Below, piece by piece: positions 16,445-28,327 of a stretch of DNA of 40,679 nt. A program made the translations under genes and the position numbers. Source of the stretch: Frankiales bacterium (GTDB lineage: Bacteria > Actinomycetota > Actinomycetes > Mycobacteriales > SCTD01); the NCBI GenBank assembly GCA_043740815.1, contig JAYUBO010000021.1, positions 1 to 40,679 of the forward strand, written 5' to 3'. Within the stretch, counting starts at the first letter, position 1. Each line of letters begins with the position of its first letter. A model generated the notes under the pieces. The model searched no databases. It was not told the origin of the DNA and saw only the letters and a list, made by a program, of their open reading frames with translations.

Positions 16445-17461
16445 TCAGTCCAGGTAGTCCCGCAAGGCCTGTGACCGGCTCGGGTGCCGCAGCTTCGACA
16501 GCGTCTTGGACTCGATCTGGCGGATCCGTTCGCGCGTAAGCCCGAACTCGCGGCCTATCTCATCCAGCGTCTTCGGCTCGCCGTCGGTGAGCCCGAAGCG
16601 CATCTTCACCACTGCCGATTCGCGCTCGGACAGGGTCGTCAGGACGTCGTGGAGCTGCTCCTGCATCATCGCGTAGGACACGACGTCGACAGCCACCGGT
16701 GCGTCGGCGTCCTCGATGAAGTCTCCCAGGCTGCTGTCGTTCTCGTCGCCGATGACCGACTGAAGCGACACCGGCTCGCGGGCGTACCGCTGGATCTCTA
16801 GGACCTTCTCGACGCTGAGGTCGAGCTCGGTGGCCAGCTCCTCGGGTGTTGCCTCCCGGCCGAGCGTCTGAAGCAGCTCGCGCTGCAACCGAGTCAGCTT
16901 GTTGATCTGCTCCACCATGTGCACCGGGATCCTGATGGTGCGTGCCTGGTCGGCCATCGCGCGGGTGATCGCCTGGCGGATCCACCACGTGGCGTACGTC
17001 GAGAACTTGAAGCCTTTGGTGTAGTCGAATTTCTCCACAGCCCGGATCAGCCCGAGGTTGCCCTCCTGGATCAGGTCCAGGAACAGCATGCCGCGACCGA
17101 GGTAGCGCTTGGCGATGCTCACGACCAGGCGCAGGTTGGCCTCGAGCAGGTGCTGTTTGGCCTTCTCCCCGTCGCGTACCAACCACGTCAGGTCTTTGTG
17201 AAGCGCGACCGACAGCTTCTGCTGGGTGAGCTTGTGCGTCGCGAACAGCCCCGCCTCGATCCGCTGCGAGAGCTCGACCTCCTGGGCGGCGGTCAGCAAC
17301 GGCGTCTTGCCGATTTCTTTGAGGTATGCCCGGACCAGGTCGGTCGAGATGCCGCCCGAGTCCAGCGGCGCGTCCTTCTCGTCCTGCTCCTCGACCTCGC
17401 CGACGACCGGCTCGACCTCCTCATCGAGGCCGTCGACCGTCTCGACCGTTGCTGTGCTCAT
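16445..17461 (-). CDS. sigA: Sigma-70 family sigma factor, principal-sigma-like (SigA/HrdB-like core) but short (338 aa)
   Basis: ATG 17461 with GGAGG upstream. [34 protein letters not shown] and C-terminal [16 protein letters not shown] closely match HrdB/SigA. There is only a short acidic N-terminus. Confidence 0.88.
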   Translation of the reverse strand: MSTATVETVDGLDEEVEPVVGEVEEQDEKDAPLDSGGISTDLVRAYLKEIGKTPLLTAAQEVELSQRIEAGLFATHKLTQQKLSVALHKDLTWLVRDGEKAKQHLLEANLRLVVSIAKRYLGRGMLFLDLIQEGNLGLIRAVEKFDYTKGFKFSTYATWWIRQAITRAMADQARTIRIPVHMVEQINKLTRLQRELLQTLGREATPEELATELDLSVEKVLEIQRYAREPVSLQSVIGDENDSSLGDFIEDADAPVAVDVVSYAMMQEQLHDVLTTLSERESAVVKMRFGLTDGEPKTLDEIGREFGLTRERIRQIESKTLSKLRHPSRSQALRDYLD

Positions 17462-17509
17462 GGAGACCTCCGGTGGTGCTCGTGGTGCATGTTGTCCTTG
17501 TGCCCTCAC

Positions 17510-17535
17510 AACCGTTGGGCACACACGTGCGTTCC
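17510..17535 (-). promoter_or_regulatory. ECF (SigH/SigR-type) promoter-like motif GGAAC-N17-GGTT upstream of the sigA-like gene
   Basis: On the minus strand GGAAC is at 17535-17531 and GGTT at 17513-17510. The GGAAC-to-GTT spacing is the same as at the sigB-like gene. Confidence 0.3.
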
Positions 17536-17587
17536 CCGCGTCCATGACAATCACGTGACATCTCACCCGAACACGCCGGACGTGGAT

Positions 17588-20376
<2,789 letters not shown>

Positions 20377-20380
<4 letters not shown>

Positions 20381-20973
20381 CTGGCTGCTCCTTGTTGTCG
20401 GTCTTCAGCGACGTTAACGCGCCGCCGGACGGCGTCCTCCACGAGGTCGAGTACTCCGTGGAGGTGGTCTGAGGGCATGCCCGAGGCGAGTCCGGAGACG
20501 AGGCCGTCGAGGGCCAGGCGCAGGAAGTCCACGAGGATCGGCAGCGGTACGTCGTCCCGGACGACCCCGGCTTTGCGCTGGCGCAGCAGCCGGGCGGTGG
20601 TGGCGTCGAGAACGGCGCTCTGGTGCTCGGCCCACTTCCGGGCGAAGGCGGGGTCGGTGCGCAGCCGGCGGCGGACCTCGAGCTGGACGCCGAGCCAACC
20701 GGCGTCCTTGTCCTGCAGGTCGCGCATGACCTGGACGAGGCCGTGCTGGGCGACCGTCTTGGCCATCTCGACTGCGTCGTCCTCGGCGAGCGCGAGGAAC
20801 AGCGCGTCCTTGTCCTTGAAGTGGTGGAAGATCGCGCCGCGACTCAGGCCCGTCTCGGCCTCGAGGACCTTGACGGTGGCGCCCTCGTAGCCGTGCCGCG
20901 CGAAGGCTCGCCGGGCCGCCTCGAGGATGTCGGCGCGCTTGGCGGCGAGCTGCTCGTCGGAGACCTTGGGCAT
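20377..20973 (-). CDS. TetR/AcrR family transcriptional regulator (AcnR-like by context), translationally coupled to acn
   Basis: [55 protein letters not shown]. The stop overlaps the acn ATG by 4 nt (ATGA). Confidence 0.9.
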
Positions 20974-20979
20974 GGCGCG

Positions 20980-21009
20980 AGCGTAGCAAACCGTACGTCC
21001 GTCTTGCAA
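20980..21009 (-). promoter_or_regulatory. Promoter candidate (-35 TTGCAA, 18-nt spacer, -10 TACGCT) that predicts a leaderless TetR-acn mRNA; the spacer holds an imperfect palindrome (candidate operator)
   Basis: The -10 at 20985-20980 ends 6 nt before ATG 20973. On the minus strand TTGCAAGACG-gacgta-CGGTTTGCTA has half-sites matching 7 of 10. Confidence 0.4.
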
Positions 21010-21066
21010 TAGCGCCAGCCGCAGGTATCGCCACCAGTCCTGAGGGTGCGACTGACGCAGGGGTGG

Positions 21067-22812
21067 TCAGGCGTCGCGGTCGCGCCGGATGATCGCCTTG
21101 CGGCCCTTGATGACGCTGGAGCGCAACGCCTTGATGACCGCGTCGATCTCGGACTCAGGAACCTCGACCAGGGAGAACCGCTCGGTGATCTCGATGCTGC
21201 CGATCTGCTTGCCGGTCAGGTGGCTCTCCCCGGCGATCGCCCCGACCAGGTCCTGCGGGCGCACGCTCGCCGCCCGGCCGGCGCCGATGTAGAGCTTGGC
21301 CATGCCCTCCTTGGCCGCCTTGCGCTCGGGCGGCCCGGTGCGTTGGTGGGCGCCGCCTCGCGAACCCGAACCGGTTCCCGCAGGGCCGGTGTGCTTGGTC
21401 GCAGGCGAGGAGCTGGCGCGGGGGGCATCCACGCGCAGGGCCCGCGGGGGGCGATGGGAGGCGTCGGGGATGTCGCCGTCGTCGGCGGGGGCCTGCGCCC
21501 GGTGGGCCAGGGCGACAGCCGCGAGAGCCACCTGCTCGGGGGAGTAGGTGACGAGCAGGTCCCCAACCATCGCCTGCACGCCGGTGACGTCGCCGCCCTC
21601 GAGGACCTCGACCAGCGCGGCCCTGGTGACAGCCAGGCGGGACGCCATCAGGTCGGCGAGGCTCGGCACCTTGCTGAAGGCGATCTTCGTGCCCGTGAGG
21701 TGCTCGATGGCTTCGAGCATCCGGCGCTCCCGCGGCTCAGCCAGGGTGATCGCGACCCCCTCGCGGCCGGCGCGGCCGACCCGGCCGATGCGGTGGACGT
21801 AGGACTCGGGGGCAGAGGGGACGTTGTAGTTGATGACGTGGGTCAAGTGGTCCACGTCGAGGCCGCGGGCGGCGACGTCGGTCGCGACCAGCAGGTCGGC
21901 GGTCTGGTTGCGGAGCCGGTTCATGACGCGGTCACGCTGCTCCTGGCTCATGCCGCCGTGCAGCGGCTCCGCCCGATAGCCGCGGGTCTTCAACGCCTCG
22001 GTGAGGCTGTCGACCTCCTCGCGGGTCCGGCAGAACACGAGTGCGGACGAGGGTTGGTGGATGTCCAGCACCCGGGCCAGCGCCGCGGGCTTGTCGACCC
22101 GCATCACGAGGTGACCGGTCTGGCTGACCTTCGGCGTCTCACCCGCGGGGGCCTTCTCGCGCGTGACCGCGATCTGCACGGGATCGGACTGGTGCTTGCG
22201 CGCCATCCTGGCGATCTTTGGCGGCATCGTGGCCGAGAACAGCACCGTCTGCCGCTTGTCCGGTAGGGCAGCGAGGATCGCGTCGAGCTCTTCAGCAAAG
22301 CCCATGTCGAACATCTCGTCGGCCTCATCGAGCACGACGACCTTGAGCTGGTCGAGCTTCAGCGACCCGCGGTGGAGGTGGTCGAGCACCCGGCCCGGGG
22401 TGCCGACGACGACGTCGACGCCGCGCTGGAGGACCTTGAGCTGCGGGGTGATGGGCTGTCCGCCGTACACCGCCAGGACGCGCGCTGCGAGCGTCGTGCC
22501 GTAGCGCGAGACGGCTTCGGCAACCTGTACGGCGAGCTCGCGAGTCGGCGCCAGGATCAGCGCCGAGGGGGAGCGGCCGCGGTCGCCGGTTGGAAGCTGA
22601 TGGAGCATCGGCAGGGCGAAGGCGGCCGTCTTGCCGGTACCGGTGGCGGCCTGACCGACGAGGTCACGGCCCTCGAGCAGCGGCGGAATGGCTGCGCGCT
22701 GGATCGGGGTGGGCTCCTCGTAGCCGAGGTCGCTGAGTACCGCCACCAGCTCAGGACGCAGTGCCAGGTCAGCGAAGGTGCCGCTGTCCTCAGGGTCGTT
22801 CGCCAGATCCAT
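21067..22812 (-). CDS. DEAD-box ATP-dependent RNA helicase with a DbpA-type C-terminal RNA-binding domain
   Basis: AATGTGKT, VLDEADEM, FSATMP and HRIGRVGRAG motifs. A basic/Gly-rich linker and a C-terminal RRM-like domain follow. Confidence 0.95.
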   Translation of the reverse strand: MDLANDPEDSGTFADLALRPELVAVLSDLGYEEPTPIQRAAIPPLLEGRDLVGQAATGTGKTAAFALPMLHQLPTGDRGRSPSALILAPTRELAVQVAEAVSRYGTTLAARVLAVYGGQPITPQLKVLQRGVDVVVGTPGRVLDHLHRGSLKLDQLKVVVLDEADEMFDMGFAEELDAILAALPDKRQTVLFSATMPPKIARMARKHQSDPVQIAVTREKAPAGETPKVSQTGHLVMRVDKPAALARVLDIHQPSSALVFCRTREEVDSLTEALKTRGYRAEPLHGGMSQEQRDRVMNRLRNQTADLLVATDVAARGLDVDHLTHVINYNVPSAPESYVHRIGRVGRAGREGVAITLAEPRERRMLEAIEHLTGTKIAFSKVPSLADLMASRLAVTRAALVEVLEGGDVTGVQAMVGDLLVTYSPEQVALAAVALAHRAQAPADDGDIPDASHRPPRALRVDAPRASSSPATKHTGPAGTGSGSRGGAHQRTGPPERKAAKEGMAKLYIGAGRAASVRPQDLVGAIAGESHLTGKQIGSIEITERFSLVEVPESEIDAVIKALRSSVIKGRKAIIRRDRDA

Positions 22813-22863
22813 GCAGCCATTCTCGCAGAACAGCTGGCCTACTCCAGCTGGTCAACAGGTGCG

Positions 22864-23460
22864 TCAGGACGTGCCCGGGACCTTCGGCGCGGCCTGCTTG
22901 GCAGCCGCCTTGACCTGCTGCTTGTACGCGCGCACCTCCAACAGCGTCTGCTTGCTGACCACGTCCGCGACGCTGCGTAGGGCGCCCTCGTCGCCATAGA
23001 CACCGGCGGCTTCCCGCCACCCCTCGGGCTGTACGCCACGCTGCTTGCCCAGCAGGGCCAGGAAGATCCGGGCCTTCTGGTCACCGAACCCGGGCAGCTC
23101 CTTGAGGCGTTCCAGCAGCTCGCCACCCGTCGTGACGTCCGCCCAGACGTTTTGCGCCTTGCCGTCGTAGTGCTTGACGAGGTAACGACACAGCTGCTGC
23201 ACCCGGCCGGCCATCGACCCCGGGAAGCGGTGGATCGCCGGTGGCGTCGCGAACAGCTGGCCGAGGGTGTCGAGCTCGGCGAGCTCGGCCGCGTCCAGGT
23301 CGTGCCCGAGCCGCGTCCGCAGGTCATACGGTCCTCGAAAGGCTTTCTCCATGGGGATCTGCTGGTCGAGCAACATGCCCGTCAGCAGGGCGAGCGGGTC
23401 GCGGCTCAGCAGCGCATCAGCGTCAGGATCCTGCGCCAGGTGGAGGTCGTGGTTAGCCAT
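22864..23460 (-). CDS. HhH-GPD-type base excision DNA repair family protein
   Basis: Start at ATG 23460 (MANHDLHLAQDPDADALLSRDPLALLTGMLLDQQIPMEKAF), a typical N-terminus for this family. The upstream 63 codons of the ORF were not accepted. Confidence 0.8.
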   Translation of the reverse strand: MANHDLHLAQDPDADALLSRDPLALLTGMLLDQQIPMEKAFRGPYDLRTRLGHDLDAAELAELDTLGQLFATPPAIHRFPGSMAGRVQQLCRYLVKHYDGKAQNVWADVTTGGELLERLKELPGFGDQKARIFLALLGKQRGVQPEGWREAAGVYGDEGALRSVADVVSKQTLLEVRAYKQQVKAAAKQAAPKVPGTS

Positions 23461-23690
23461 GCGGACACCCTGCCACTTCTCGGCCGAGGCGACCGATAGC
23501 CGGGTGCGTATCCAGGCGGCGACGGTCGCCGCGTCCGGGACCTTCAGCCCTATCGGGATGCAGCCTGTTTCGGCACGCTGCCCGAACGAGGGTCTGTCGC
23601 CGATCCAGCCCGCAGCTCGAGAGGCTAAGGCATCATGATGGGTTATCACGACGGTTCGTTCAGTACCGCTGGCTGGGTGGTGAGGGGTTC

Positions 23691-23807
23691 ATGATGTTGC
23701 TGTTGTTTGCGCTGGTCGTCGGTGTCGTGGCCTGGTTTGCGGCGGCCCGCCGCCCGGCCGCAGCGACGACGGTTTCTGCGGCGAAGTCGGTGTCGTCAGG
23801 CGAGTGA
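23691..23807 (+). CDS. Possible 38-aa small membrane protein coupled to the SGNH hydrolase gene
   Basis: MMLLLFALVVGVVAWFAAARRPAAATTVSAAKSVSSGE, with GGTGAGGGG upstream. Its TGA overlaps the downstream GTG (GTGA). It is too short for the ORF track. Confidence 0.3.
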   Translation: MMLLLFALVVGVVAWFAAARRPAAATTVSAAKSVSSGE

Positions 23808-24682
23808 ACCGAAACGTGCTGATCCTCAGCAGCGCCGTCACCGCCACCGCGTTGGTGCTGGCGGCGGTGTGGGTTGTCAGAGTGGCCAGGTTGAAGGCCT
23901 CGGTCGAGAGCCACCGCGTCTTCTGGTCCCACCCTCATGGCCAGCCAGGTGGCTTGCTCTACGTGGCCCTGGGTGACTCGCTCGCCCAGGGGATCGGTGC
24001 GAGCTCTCCCGAGCTCGGCTACGTCGGCCTGCTGGCCGCGCGCCTGGAGGTCTCGACGGGGCGGCCGGTGCAGGTCGTCAACCTCAGCGTGTCAGGCGCC
24101 CGCGTGCGCGACGTCCTCGCCACGCAGATCCCGGCGCTCGCCGCGCTGCGGCCCGATGTGGTCACCGTCGACGTCGGAGCCAATGACATGAGCGGGTACG
24201 ACGCGTCCCGCTTCTCGCGTGAGGTGGCCGCACTGACGTCGGCGCTGCCGGCTGGGACGTTCCTGGCCGACGTGCCCTACTTCATGCACGGCCGCTGGGA
24301 GGCGCACGCCCGGGAGGCGTCGGCGGTCCTTGTCCGGGAAGGGGCCAGCCACGGGTTGGTCGTCGTACCCGTGCACGAGGCACAACGCGCGCAGGGCTGG
24401 ACGGCGATGGTCACGCAGTTCGCCGCCGACTGGTTCCACCCCAACGACAGGGGACATCGGGTGTGGGCCGACGCCTTCTGGAAGGCGCGCGAGCAGTCAG
24501 TCCTGGTCGATCGTCCGGCCGGGCTCGAGCGCGATGCGCAGTGGTTCGTCGGGACGGCCGACGATGGCGTTGCTGCGGTCGCGCTGCACCGTAGGGCCGG
24601 CGTTGGCCGCGACCACGCCGAGCCACGGCAGGGTGAAGGCACCGACGATGAAGATCAGCTTGGCCCAGAGCGGCACCGGTAG
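23804..24682 (+). CDS. SGNH/GDSL family hydrolase with an N-terminal membrane anchor
   Basis: Block I ALGDSLAQG and block V DWFHPND. The last ~60 codons overlap the convergent gene and may not be functional sequence. Confidence 0.85.
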   Translation: MNRNVLILSSAVTATALVLAAVWVVRVARLKASVESHRVFWSHPHGQPGGLLYVALGDSLAQGIGASSPELGYVGLLAARLEVSTGRPVQVVNLSVSGARVRDVLATQIPALAALRPDVVTVDVGANDMSGYDASRFSREVAALTSALPAGTFLADVPYFMHGRWEAHAREASAVLVREGASHGLVVVPVHEAQRAQGWTAMVTQFAADWFHPNDRGHRVWADAFWKAREQSVLVDRPAGLERDAQWFVGTADDGVAAVALHRRAGVGRDHAEPRQGEGTDDEDQLGPERHR

Positions 24683-24811
24683 GGCTACGGCGAGAACGAA
24701 GCAGGACACTCGGGCGAGCTGGGTCATCAGATAGCGACGCTGGCGTAGCTGGCGGTCCTGACTGCCGGAAAGCCCGGCCGTCGTCACGACGGTGTGCTTG
24801 TCGAAGGTCAC
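24497..24811 (-). CDS. DUF3099 domain-containing small membrane protein
   Basis: Two TM helices (VSCFVLAVALPVPLW, LIFIVGAFTLPWLGVVAANAGP) after RQRRYLMTQ. 104 aa. Confidence 0.75.
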   Translation of the reverse strand: MTFDKHTVVTTAGLSGSQDRQLRQRRYLMTQLARVSCFVLAVALPVPLWAKLIFIVGAFTLPWLGVVAANAGPTVQRDRSNAIVGRPDEPLRIALEPGRTIDQD

Positions 24812-24892
24812 CCCTTCATTGTGCGGCCTGTGGACCGAAGGCGCCTCCGCAACGCGTACCGTGACGTCACCGACGACCTACGAGGAGCCACC

Positions 24893-26371
24893 GTGACCCA
24901 AGCTGTCGAGCGCGTCGCCGCAGCCACGCCCACCTTCGACTCCTTCGAGCCGGCCACGGGAGCGGTGTACGCAAGCTTCCCCACGCAGGACGCCGCCGAG
25001 GTCCAAGCGGCTGTGGCGCGCGCCCGCTCGGCCGGCGCCTGGTGGCAGGGGCTCGGCTTCTCGGGCCGCAAGGACAAGCTCGACGCCTGGAAGGCCATTC
25101 TCGCCACCCGGCTGCCTGAGCTTGCCGGGGTCATGCACAAGGAGAACGGCAAACCCGTCGGGGACGCGCAGCTCGAGCTGGTCCTGGCCATCGACCACAT
25201 CGCCTGGGCCGGAAAGAACGCCCGCCGGGTGCTCGGTGCCCGCAAGGTCTCCAGCGGTATGATGATGGCCAACCAGGCCGCCTCGCTCGAGTACCAGCCG
25301 CTCGGGGTCGTCGGCGTCATCGGCCCGTGGAACTACCCGGTCTTCACGCCGATGGGCTCGATCGCCTACGCCCTGGCTGCCGGCAACACCGTCGTGTTCA
25401 AGCCGAGCGAGTACACCCCGGCTGTTGGCAGGTGGCTTGTCGACTCCTTCGCGGAGATCGCCGACGGCCACGACGTGCTCCAGCTCGTCACCGGCTTGGG
25501 TGAGACCGGAGCTGCGCTCTGCCGCGCCGGCGTCGACAAGATCGCGTTCACCGGCAGTGCCAGGACCGGCAAGAAGGTCATGGCGGCCTGTGCCGAGAAC
25601 CTCATTCCGGTCCTCATGGAGTGCGGGGGCAAGGACAGCATGATCGTCGCCGACGACGCCGACGTGCAGGCCGCCGCGGACGCCGCGCTGTGGGGCGGCA
25701 TGGCCAACGCCGGCCAGACCTGCATCGGCATCGAGCGCGTCTACGCCACCGAGAAGGCGTACGACGCCTTCTTGGCCGCCCTCACCGAGAAGGCCACGAC
25801 CATCGCGGCCGGACGGTCCTACGGCAACATCACGATGCCGTCGCAGGTCGAGGTCATCCGCACCCACATCGCTGACGCTGTCGCCAGGGGTGGCACCGTC
25901 GTCACCGGCGGCGGGATCGAGGGCACTCTCGTGCAGCCGACGATCCTGACGGGAGTGCCGGAGGACTCCCTGGCCGTCCAGGAGGAGACGTTCGGCCCGA
26001 CGCTGACGGTCACGAAGGTGTCCAGCGTCGAGGAGGCGATCACACTCACCAACGCCACGTCATACGGGCTGGCGGGGGCGGTCTTCAGCAAGCGGCGCGG
26101 TGTCGAGATTGCCACGAAGCTGCGCTCGGGGATGACCAGCGTCAACAGCGTGCTGGCCTTCGCCGGGGTGCCGGGGCTGCCGTTCGGCGGGTCAGGCGAC
26201 AGCGGCTTCGGACGCATCCACGGCGATGACGGGCTGCGCGAGTTCACCCGGGCGAAGGCCATCACCCGGCAGAGGTTCGCGCTGCCGGTCGCGCTCATGA
26301 GCTTCCAGCGCACCAGTCGGACCGACGCCCTGCTCGTCAAGGCGATGAAGCTGCTGCACGGCCGAGGTTAG
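24893..26371 (+). CDS. Aldehyde dehydrogenase family protein
   Basis: GTG 24893 with GAGGAG upstream. FTGSARTGKKV, MECGGKD, catalytic GQTCIGIERV. Confidence 0.9.
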   Translation: MTQAVERVAAATPTFDSFEPATGAVYASFPTQDAAEVQAAVARARSAGAWWQGLGFSGRKDKLDAWKAILATRLPELAGVMHKENGKPVGDAQLELVLAIDHIAWAGKNARRVLGARKVSSGMMMANQAASLEYQPLGVVGVIGPWNYPVFTPMGSIAYALAAGNTVVFKPSEYTPAVGRWLVDSFAEIADGHDVLQLVTGLGETGAALCRAGVDKIAFTGSARTGKKVMAACAENLIPVLMECGGKDSMIVADDADVQAAADAALWGGMANAGQTCIGIERVYATEKAYDAFLAALTEKATTIAAGRSYGNITMPSQVEVIRTHIADAVARGGTVVTGGGIEGTLVQPTILTGVPEDSLAVQEETFGPTLTVTKVSSVEEAITLTNATSYGLAGAVFSKRRGVEIATKLRSGMTSVNSVLAFAGVPGLPFGGSGDSGFGRIHGDDGLREFTRAKAITRQRFALPVALMSFQRTSRTDALLVKAMKLLHGRG

Positions 26372-26393
26372 CGCCCGGGTCCGGAGCAAGGCG

Positions 26394-27239
26394 CTAGAGG
26401 CCCAGGCCTGCACCGTCGGTCAGCTCGGGAAGCAGGTCCGAATAGACCGGGTCGCGTTTCTCGGCCTTCGCCGAGAAAGACTCGACCATGTCGGCAGGCT
26501 GGAACATCCCGGCCTGCCAGGTCGCGATCTGGTCCAGCCCGTCGTCGACGGGGTGGTCCCTGGCGTAGTTCATCGCCACCTTCGTGCCCCAGATCGCCAG
26601 CGGTGACTTCGAGGCGATCTCCCTGGCCGTGCCGAGGACGCCCGCGAGCAGGGACTCATGGTCGGCGTACACCTCCTGCACCAGGCCGACCTGGAACGCG
26701 CGAGCCGCACTCATCCGCCGTCCGGTATAGGCCAGCTCGCGGGCCACCCCCTCGGGGATGACCTTGCCGAGCCGCTGCAGGGTCCCGACGTCGGCGGTCA
26801 TCCCGATGTTGATCTCCATCACGGTGAAGAACGCGTCGGCGCTGGCATAGCGGCAGTCCGCGGCCGTCACGAGGTCGACCGCGCCGCCGATGCACCCGCC
26901 CTGCACGGCCGCGAGCACGGGCATGCGGGCCTTTTCCAGCGCCGTGAACGACCACTGCAGCCGGCGGGCCGTGGAGCGCACCTGTGCCTGCCGCCGACCG
27001 GCCTCGGCGTCGGCGTCGTGGCTGCCCCCGAAGACCGACAGGTCCATGCCGGCACTGAAGTGCCTGCCGGTGCTGGAGATCACGACCACCCGGGCGCTGC
27101 CGGCGTCGCTGATCCCGGTCACGATCTCGGGAAGCTCGGACCAGAATGCGGGCAGCATCGTGTTGAGCTCGTCCGGGCGGGACAGTCGCACGTGCGCGAC
27201 CCCGTCGGTGATGTCGACGTCGAAGCAGCGGTAGGCCAT
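26394..27239 (-). CDS. Enoyl-CoA hydratase/isomerase (crotonase) family protein
   Basis: MAYRCFDVDITDGVAHVRLSRPDELN...GRHFSAGMDL. Confidence 0.9.
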   Translation of the reverse strand: MAYRCFDVDITDGVAHVRLSRPDELNTMLPAFWSELPEIVTGISDAGSARVVVISSTGRHFSAGMDLSVFGGSHDADAEAGRRQAQVRSTARRLQWSFTALEKARMPVLAAVQGGCIGGAVDLVTAADCRYASADAFFTVMEINIGMTADVGTLQRLGKVIPEGVARELAYTGRRMSAARAFQVGLVQEVYADHESLLAGVLGTAREIASKSPLAIWGTKVAMNYARDHPVDDGLDQIATWQAGMFQPADMVESFSAKAEKRDPVYSDLLPELTDGAGLGL

Positions 27240-27277
27240 CCCACGATCCTGCACCACGCCTGGGTAGCGTCGGTTCG

Positions 27278-28063
27278 GTGAGTGTCCTCGCGCTGTCCGG
27301 TGTGACCGTCGTCCGTGACGGGGCCACGCTGCTCAGTGGCGTCGACTGGACCGTCGAGGAGGGTGAGCGCTGGGCGCTGCTCGGCCCGAATGGCGCCGGC
27401 AAGACCACCCTGATGGCCGTCGCAAGCGCGTCACTGTTTCCCTCCGCCGGCTCGGTCACGTTGCTCGGCGAGCGCTTCGGGGAGGTCAACCTCGGGGAGT
27501 TGCGCACCCGGGTAGGGCTGTCCTCATCGGCGCTGAACGACCGCGTCCCGCCGCAGGAGAAGGCCGTCGACGTGGTGGTCACGGCGGCTCACGGCGTCCT
27601 CGGCCGCTGGAAGGAGGAGTACGACGACACCGACGTCGACCGCGCCGTCGCGCTCTTGGCGCGGGTGGGACTGCGCGCCTTCAGCCAGCGGCGTTATGGG
27701 TCGCTGTCCGAAGGGGAACGCAAGCGGGTGCTGCTGGCTAGGGCGCTGATGACCGACCCCGAGCTGCTCCTGCTCGACGAGCCGGCCGCCGGCCTTGACC
27801 TGGGGGCGCGCGAAGCCCTGCTCCGGATGCTTTCCCGGTTGTGGATGACCCCTGACGCGCCACCTGCGGTTCTTGTCACGCACCACGTCGAGGAGATCCC
27901 GGTCGGCACCACCCACGCGATGTTGCTCTCCCGCGGCCGGGTGGTCGCCGCCGGGCCCATCCACGACGTCCTCACAGCGCGGCTGCTCAGTCAGGCTTTC
28001 GGTATCCCGCTGCAGGTCGCGACGTCCGGGGGCCGGTGGATGGCGCGGGCGACACCCGCCTGA
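27278..28063 (+). CDS. Stand-alone ABC transporter ATP-binding protein
   Basis: GPNGAGKTT, LSEGERKRV and LLLLDEP motifs. No adjacent permease gene. Confidence 0.9.
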   Translation: MSVLALSGVTVVRDGATLLSGVDWTVEEGERWALLGPNGAGKTTLMAVASASLFPSAGSVTLLGERFGEVNLGELRTRVGLSSSALNDRVPPQEKAVDVVVTAAHGVLGRWKEEYDDTDVDRAVALLARVGLRAFSQRRYGSLSEGERKRVLLARALMTDPELLLLDEPAAGLDLGAREALLRMLSRLWMTPDAPPAVLVTHHVEEIPVGTTHAMLLSRGRVVAAGPIHDVLTARLLSQAFGIPLQVATSGGRWMARATPA

Positions 28064-28075
28064 CCGGCAGCAGCG

Positions 28076-28288
28076 TCAGGGCTGGACGAGGGCGCTCTCG
28101 TCCAGCCACTCGACGGCAGTGTTGCGAAGCGTGGCTTCGTAGGCCTTCGCGTGGTGGGCACAGAAGACGAGGTCACCCGAGGTCAGGACGACGCGCACCC
28201 GCGCCTGGGCGCCGCACCGGTCGCAGCGGTCGGCAGGGGTCAACGTGGCGGGGGCAAGGGGTGTCACTGTTCCGGTCACAGTTATCAC
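28076..28288 (-). CDS. Small conserved Cys/His protein (about 70 aa), hypothetical
   Basis: ...ADRCDRCGAQARVRVVLTSGDLVFCAHHAKAYE... The start is ambiguous, with in-frame GTGs at 28288, 28279 and 28267. The upstream part of the 155-aa ORF overlaps the divergent gene. Confidence 0.6.
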   Translation of the reverse strand: MITVTGTVTPLAPATLTPADRCDRCGAQARVRVVLTSGDLVFCAHHAKAYEATLRNTAVEWLDESALVQP

Positions 28289-28327
28289 AACACCACACTT
28301 TGGGCTCGCGTTCCCACTGGGGGCAGG

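Noticed and set aside
15058-16474. Plus-strand ORFs of 338 aa and 325 aa
   Set aside because: They are antisense to the sigB-like gene and its leader, and their composition is low-complexity Gly/Arg/Ala.
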